Below are positions 58,446 to 64,000 of a stretch of DNA of 64,000 nucleotides, piece after piece. Position numbers and translations under genes: made by a program. Under the pieces are notes generated by a model, which searched no databases, had not been told where the DNA came from, and saw only the letters and a program-made list of their open reading frames with translations. The DNA is from Alphaproteobacteria bacterium (GTDB lineage: Bacteria; Pseudomonadota; Alphaproteobacteria; UBA9219; RGZA01): assembly GCA_028278105.1 (NCBI GenBank), contig JANQEX010000074.1, positions 6,237 to 70,236 on the forward strand, read 5' to 3'. Position 1 is the stretch's first letter, and the number at the start of each line of letters is the position of its first letter.

Positions 58446-58732
58446 AAAAGAAAAGGCTGAACTCCCCTCCCCATGCCCGCCTACGCCTAGGCCTCGGCGG
58501 GTCCTTGGAGAAAGCTTGTCCGCCGAAGCCCGCAGGGCGGAGGCGGAGAGGGGTTAGGGTAGGGAAGTGGATACAGATTTAAAGAGTCCCCCCTCACCAG
58601 CAAAATCTAACCGTTTAGCTTCGCTAAACGGAAGATTTTGCAACCTCTCCCCTGTCAGGGGAGAGGAAGATTTTATATAGTCCTTTCAGGGGCTTCTCCT
58701 TTAATTCGCCGTTTCACCAAGTATCGCATTTC

Positions 58733-61700
58733 ATGCTTCCCGCTCTTGATCTCCAAAAACCCGGCGGGGTTACGCTGCATGGCGCGCCGTTCGGGCATCA
58801 CGCCCGCGTGCTGGCCGAGCTTGCGGAGCGGGCGCGGCCCGGCCCGGTTCTTTATGTGGCTTCCGGCGACGTGGAGGCGGCGGTCACCGAAACCCTGCTG
58901 CGTTTCTTTGCGCCGGGCGGCGAGATTATTTCCTTTCCCGGCTGGGATTGTCTGCCTTACGACCGCGTGGGTCCCGGCGCGGAAGTTACCGCCAAACGCA
59001 TGGAGGCGCTCTGCGCCCTTCAACGCCCGCCGCGGGCGCCGCGCGTTGTTGTCACGACCGTTTCCGCCGTTTCGCAACGCCTGCCGCCGCCGGAGGCGCT
59101 GGAAGGCCATGCCTTTTCCATCGCCAAAGGCCAAAAGCTGGATCTGGAAAAATTCCGCCTGTTCCTTTCGCATAACGGCTATGCGCGGGTGGAAACGGTG
59201 CGGGCCGCGGGCGAATACGCCTTGCGCGGCGGGATCATGGATGTTTTTCCTTCGGGAGCCGGAGTCCCCTTGCGCCTGGATCTGGCGGGGGAGGAGGTGG
59301 AGACGCTTCGCAACTTCGATCCCTTCACCCAACGCAGCGAAACGCCGGTGGCGCAGGCGGATTTCCTGCCCGTCTCCGAATTGCGGCTGGACGAGGCGGC
59401 CGTCAGCCGCTTTCGCACCGCGTTCCGCGAGTTGTTCGGCGTGGGCGCGGGCGACCCGCTTTACGAAAGCGTCAGCGAAGGCCGCAAATATCCCGGCATG
59501 GAGCACGCGCTGCCGCTGTTTTACGAAAAGCTTTCCACGCCGCTTTCCGTCTTGCCGGGGGCGGTGGTGGTTCTGGATGCCAATGCGCCGGAAGCGCTGG
59601 CCGCCCGCCGCGCGCAGGCGGAGGATTTTTACGCCGCCCGTCTTGCCCTGGCCCGCGCCGCCAAAAAAGGAGGCGAGCCGGCCTACCGCGCCCTGCCGCC
59701 CGATGCGCTCCATGTCTCCCTGCCTGAATGGGAAAGGGAGCTTGCAAAGCATGTAAGCCTTACGCTTTCCCCATTCCCGCCGCCCGAAGAAGGGCTGGAT
59801 GCCGGCGGCCGCCGCGTACGCGACTTTGCCGAAACCCGTGCCCGGCATGAGGTCAATCTTTTCCAGGCGGTGGCCGACGCCATTAAGGAAGAGCTGAAAA
59901 CCCGTTCCGTTCTCCTGGCCTGTTACAGCGAAGGCTCCGGCGCGAGGCTCAAGCGCGTTCTGGAAGAGCATGGGCTTTCCGGCATGGGCGCGGCGGACGA
60001 TGCCGCCACGCTTCTGGAGAAAAACAAAAGACAGGCGGCGCTGGCCGTGCTGGGGCTGGAGCGCGGCTTTGCTTCGCCCGGTCTTCTGGTGTTCTCCGAG
60101 CAGGATATTCTGGGCGACCGTCTTGCGCGCCCCAAACCGCAGCGCAAGCGCAGCGACCTGACGCTGGAGCTTTCGCAGCTTGCCGAGGGCGATCTGGTGG
60201 TGCATGCCGAGCACGGCATCGGCCGCTACATGGGCCTTGAAACGCTGGACGCGGGCGGCAGTCCGCATGACTGCCTGCGCATCCTCTACGACGGCAATGC
60301 CCGGCTTTTCGTGCCGGTCGAGAATATGGAGGCGCTCAGCCGCTACGGTTCGCATGCCGAAGGCGTGGCGCTGGACAGGCTGGGCGGCGTGGCCTGGCAG
60401 GGCCGCAAGGCGCGGGTGAAAAAGCGGCTGAAGGACATGGCCGACGCGCTTTTGAAAATCGCCGCCGAACGCGCCCTTCATAAGGCCGAGCGCATTATGG
60501 TTCCGGCGGGCGTTTATGAGGAGTTCGCCGCCCGTTTTCCCTATGCCGAAACGGAGGATCAGGAACGCGCCATCGAAAGCGTGCTTGAAGACATGGCCGG
60601 CGGCCGCCCCATGGACCGGCTGGTCTGCGGCGATGCGGGCTTCGGCAAGACGGAGGTGGCCATCCGCGCCGCCTTCGCCGCCGTGCAGTCGGGATTGCAG
60701 GTGGCCATCGTCGCGCCGACCACGCTGCTGGCGCGCCAGCATTTCCGCAACTTCTCCGCGCGCTTTCACGGGCTTCCGGCGCGCATGGCCCAGCTTTCGC
60801 GCCTTGTGCCCGTGAAGGAGGCCGGAGCCATCAAAAAAGGCCTGAAAGAGGGCGCGGTGGATGTGGTGATCGGCACGCATGCGCTGCTGGGCAAGGATGT
60901 CGCTTTTAAAAATCTTGGCCTTCTGGTGGTGGATGAAGAGCAGCATTTCGGCGTGAAGCAGAAAGAGCGCCTCAAGCATCTTCGCGCCGGTGTCCATGTG
61001 CTGACGCTGACGGCCACGCCCATTCCGCGTACGCTGCAACTGGCTTTGGCGGGTGTGCGCGAGCTTAGCCTTATCACCACGCCACCCGTCGACCGGCTTT
61101 CGGTGCGCAGCTTCGTGCTGCCTTATGATGGCCTCGTGATCCGCGAGGCCTTGATGCGCGAGCATTTTCGCGGCGGGCAGAGCTTTTACGTCTGTCCAAG
61201 GGTGGAAGATCTTGGCCCCGTGCGCGAAAGGCTGAAGGAACTGACGCCGGAGTTGAAAATCGCCGTGGCGCACGGGCAGATGCCCGCAGCGCAGCTTGAG
61301 GAGGTGATGGAGAACTTCGACGACGCGCGTTTCGACATTCTTCTTTCCACCAATATCGTGGAATCCGGCCTTGATATTGCCAACGCCAATACCATCGTGA
61401 TGCATCGGGCCGACATGTTCGGCCTTGCCCAGCTATACCAGTTGCGCGGGCGGGTGGGGCGCGGCAAGCAGCGCGGTTATGCCTATCTGACTTACGATGC
61501 GGTCCGGCCCCTTTCGCCGCAGGCGCAGCAAAGGCTGGAGGTTCTGGCCTCGCTGGAAGGCCTGGGCGCGGGCTTTCAGCTTGCCAGTCATGACCTGGAT
61601 ATCCGCGGCGCGGGCAACCTGCTGGGGGAAGAGCAGTCGGGCCATATCCGCGAGGTGGGGATTGAGCTTTACCAGCACATGCTGGAAGACGCCATTGCCG

Positions 61701-62188
61701 ATGCCCGCGCCGGCGCGGGCGAGGCGGCGCCGCGCGAGGACTGGATGCCGCAGATCAATCTTGGCCTGGCGGTGCTGATCCCTGAGAGCTATGTGGCGGA
61801 TCTGGGCCTGCGGCTCAATCTTTACCGCCGCCTTGCCGGGCTGGAGGACGACAGGGAGATCGAAGCCTTTGCGGCCGAGTTGATCGACCGCTTCGGCCCC
61901 CTGCCGCAGGAAGTTCAGAATTTGCTGGAGGTTGTGGCCATCAAGCGGCTTTGCAAACAGGCGGGGGTGGCGCGCTGCGACGCCGGGCCGCAAGGGCTGG
62001 CGCTGGCCCTGCACAACAATTCATTTGCCAAACCGGAAAAGCTGGTGGCTTACCTGCAAGACAGCGGCGGGCTTGCCCGCGTCCGGCCCGACCAGAAACT
62101 GGCCTTCAGCCGCAATATGGGCGACGCCGCCGCCCGCGTGAAAGGGGTGAAGAAGGTGTTGGAAGAATTGATTGGACTGGCGGGGTGA
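58733..62188 (+). CDS. mfd: Transcription-repair coupling factor
   Basis: WDCLPYD, HGIGRY, CGDAGFGKTE, DEEQHFG, QLYQLRGRVGR, TRCF C-terminus. Confidence 0.97.
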   Translation: MLPALDLQKPGGVTLHGAPFGHHARVLAELAERARPGPVLYVASGDVEAAVTETLLRFFAPGGEIISFPGWDCLPYDRVGPGAEVTAKRMEALCALQRPPRAPRVVVTTVSAVSQRLPPPEALEGHAFSIAKGQKLDLEKFRLFLSHNGYARVETVRAAGEYALRGGIMDVFPSGAGVPLRLDLAGEEVETLRNFDPFTQRSETPVAQADFLPVSELRLDEAAVSRFRTAFRELFGVGAGDPLYESVSEGRKYPGMEHALPLFYEKLSTPLSVLPGAVVVLDANAPEALAARRAQAEDFYAARLALARAAKKGGEPAYRALPPDALHVSLPEWERELAKHVSLTLSPFPPPEEGLDAGGRRVRDFAETRARHEVNLFQAVADAIKEELKTRSVLLACYSEGSGARLKRVLEEHGLSGMGAADDAATLLEKNKRQAALAVLGLERGFASPGLLVFSEQDILGDRLARPKPQRKRSDLTLELSQLAEGDLVVHAEHGIGRYMGLETLDAGGSPHDCLRILYDGNARLFVPVENMEALSRYGSHAEGVALDRLGGVAWQGRKARVKKRLKDMADALLKIAAERALHKAERIMVPAGVYEEFAARFPYAETEDQERAIESVLEDMAGGRPMDRLVCGDAGFGKTEVAIRAAFAAVQSGLQVAIVAPTTLLARQHFRNFSARFHGLPARMAQLSRLVPVKEAGAIKKGLKEGAVDVVIGTHALLGKDVAFKNLGLLVVDEEQHFGVKQKERLKHLRAGVHVLTLTATPIPRTLQLALAGVRELSLITTPPVDRLSVRSFVLPYDGLVIREALMREHFRGGQSFYVCPRVEDLGPVRERLKELTPELKIAVAHGQMPAAQLEEVMENFDDARFDILLSTNIVESGLDIANANTIVMHRADMFGLAQLYQLRGRVGRGKQRGYAYLTYDAVRPLSPQAQQRLEVLASLEGLGAGFQLASHDLDIRGAGNLLGEEQSGHIREVGIELYQHMLEDAIADARAGAGEAAPREDWMPQINLGLAVLIPESYVADLGLRLNLYRRLAGLEDDREIEAFAAELIDRFGPLPQEVQNLLEVVAIKRLCKQAGVARCDAGPQGLALALHNNSFAKPEKLVAYLQDSGGLARVRPDQKLAFSRNMGDAAARVKGVKKVLEELIGLAG

Positions 62189-62231
62189 AAATATCCCCCT
62201 CCCTTTGGGAGAGGTGTTTGGGCATAGCCCT

Positions 62232-62792
62232 TCACCACGTCCTGACCGGACCGGTGTCCACATGCACGAAATCGGAGGCGGGGTAGTGGCCCACGCCGCC
62301 CGCTTTCAGGCGCAGGGCGGCCTTGTGGATGTGTTCGGTGCGCACGCCGGAGATGCGAAGGTCAATCGCCTTGCCCTGCATGTGGAAGCTTTTCTTCGCA
62401 ACGCCCTTGTGCGTCGCCGCAAGCTGCCGGTTGGTGGCGGGCGAGCGATAGCCGGAAATAATCTCAATCGGCGCGTGGCATCCCAGTCTGGCTTGAAGTT
62501 TATGAAGCAAATCAAATAGATGCAGGTCCATCTTCGTCACTTCGCCGCAATGGAAGTCGCGCAACAGGTAATTGAAGCCGCGCAGCGCGTCTTTGTCGTA
62601 ATGGCCCCCGCGCCAATAGGTACTGGCAAAGTGTTCATTTGTATGCAGATTGACGAACATCAGGCTGCGGTTGGATTGTTCCAGTATCGTCTTTGCCTGT
62701 GCCGGGACTGTCCATGGGACGGCGGCCACGGCGAGCGTGACGGCGGAAAGCTGTAAAAATCCGCGTCGGGTAAACTTCGAATTTAAATCCAT
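62232..62792 (-). CDS. YcbK/DUF882 (M15) peptidase with Tat signal
   Basis: TRRGFL signal, ISGYRS, S.HM.G.AID, FVHVDTG..R.W. Confidence 0.92.
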   Translation of the reverse strand: MDLNSKFTRRGFLQLSAVTLAVAAVPWTVPAQAKTILEQSNRSLMFVNLHTNEHFASTYWRGGHYDKDALRGFNYLLRDFHCGEVTKMDLHLFDLLHKLQARLGCHAPIEIISGYRSPATNRQLAATHKGVAKKSFHMQGKAIDLRISGVRTEHIHKAALRLKAGGVGHYPASDFVHVDTGPVRTW

Positions 62793-62965
62793 AATATGGC
62801 GCATAAGACAAAAATGTTGTAAATCTAGTGTTAAGCTTGCCTGAGCATGAATGCCGTTATTATATCGAAATATTCCCGAAAGTATTATCAAAAATAAAAA
62901 CAAACGTGACTTGCGTTTTTTACGTAAATTGCGTAGGATATCTTAGGCTATTAAGGAGAAAAAAT

Positions 62966-63247
62966 ATGGAAATGGACGGGAAAGCCAATGTCCCGGCCTC
63001 GGAGTTCACGAGGAATTTTGGGCATTACAAATTGCAAGCCCAGCGCGAGGCCGTGGCGGTATCAAGCCATGGGCGGGTTGCGGGCTATTTTGTCGCCGCG
63101 CGCGAGTACGAGGAATTGCTGAAGCTGAAAAACAACCGTCAAAGCTTTGCGACCGCCGAGCTTCCCGATGACGAGGTGAAAAACATTGTCTCCTCGCGCA
63201 TGGATCCGCGCCACGATCATCTCAACAAGCTGTTGGGCAAAAGATAG
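62966..63247 (+). CDS. Phd/YefM-like antitoxin
   Basis: V.ASEF.RNFG.Y...A..E.V.VS.HGR pattern; AAGGAG RBS; palindrome TTTACGTAAA at 62919-62928. Confidence 0.75.
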   Translation: MEMDGKANVPASEFTRNFGHYKLQAQREAVAVSSHGRVAGYFVAAREYEELLKLKNNRQSFATAELPDDEVKNIVSSRMDPRHDHLNKLLGKR

Positions 63248-63256
63248 CGGGACCGC

Positions 63257-63685
63257 ATGGCGCTTCCTGAGCCCGAGGCGGGTCTTGTCATCTCCTATTC
63301 CTATCTTTGGCATGACGAAGGGAAGGAAGGACAAGAAGAGGGCCGCAAGGAGCGCCCCTGCGTGATTGTGCGGGTGGCCAAACGCGCCGGCGACGGAACC
63401 GTGGTCGTGACCGTTCTGCCTGTGACGCATCGCCCGCCGAAAGATTCAGCCGCCGCCATTGAAATTCCGCAGGCGATCAAGCGGCATCTGGAACTGGACT
63501 TGGAGCGATCCTGGATTGCCGTCCATGAAGGGAACAAATTTGTCTGGCCCGGATATGATCTGCGCAAGACGCCCGGAAAATCCGGCTTCGCCTACGGGTT
63601 TTTGCCGCCGCGTTTCTTCAGGAACGTGATTGAGGCATTCGGAGCATGGCATCGCTCCCGCAAGAGCCGGGTCACCTCCCGGTGA
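63257..63685 (+). CDS. PemK/MazF-like toxin
   Basis: G.VI.YSYLW, EGRKERPCVIV, VLPVTH, N.F.WPG.DLR; follows the antitoxin. Confidence 0.7.
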   Translation: MALPEPEAGLVISYSYLWHDEGKEGQEEGRKERPCVIVRVAKRAGDGTVVVTVLPVTHRPPKDSAAAIEIPQAIKRHLELDLERSWIAVHEGNKFVWPGYDLRKTPGKSGFAYGFLPPRFFRNVIEAFGAWHRSRKSRVTSR

Positions 63686-63686
63686 A

Positions 63687-64000
63687 TCAAAGCATCGCCA
63701 GCCAGGCGTCATCAAGCTGATAGACGTCGTTATAAAATTGCACGCGGTCCTTGGCGTCCACCATCACGGTCCAGTAAAGCAGCTTGATGGGCATCGGCGT
63801 GCGGGGGCGAACCCTTTGGGTGCGCATGCGGTTGATGCGCCGCTGGATGGCTTCGGGCGTCCATTCCGGCCCGTCATTCATGACGATGGAAGCCAGTTCT
63901 TCCGGCTTTTTCAGGCGGATGCAGCCGGAGCTTTGGCGGCGGTCGTCGCGGTCGAACAGCTTCACATGAGGGGTGCCGTGCAGATAGACGGCAAAGCGGT
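63687..64000 (-). CDS. L,D-transpeptidase (YcbB-like), C-terminal part
   Basis: VYLHGTP...SSGCIRL catalytic motif, F..DVY..D ending; truncated by the window edge. Confidence 0.88.
   Translation of the reverse strand, partial: RFAVYLHGTPHVKLFDRDDRRQSSGCIRLKKPEELASIVMNDGPEWTPEAIQRRINRMRTQRVRPRTPMPIKLLYWTVMVDAKDRVQFYNDVYQLDDAWLAML

Overview
A GC-rich alphaproteobacterial chromosome segment; the gene orders plsX-fabH-ihfA-MerR-tRNA-Pro, rplM-rpsI-argC and recG-sdhE-mfd suggest a Rhodospirillales-like organism (inference). It is mostly housekeeping: a partial class A PBP, tRNA-Thr, fur, a split hopanoid pathway (hpnABCDE, then ispH-hpnH; no shc in the window), feoAB, nrdAB, envelope glycosyltransferases, tyrS/anmK, rquA, a truncated isc remnant, recG and mfd. 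Three toxin-antitoxin loci and several orphan ORFs are present. The intergenic DNA is dense with at least five families of palindromic or periodic repeats and two MITE families, often nested inside each other. The most notable structure is a stand-alone GIY-YIG nuclease gene (54875-55165) bracketed by a perfect 26-bp inverted pair of CGTC-tagged REP palindromes, a candidate autonomous mobiliser of that repeat class. It sits beside a MITE+higBA module bounded by 28-bp direct repeats. No CRISPR array, rRNA or prophage was seen. All calls are by eye from motifs; no database search was run.
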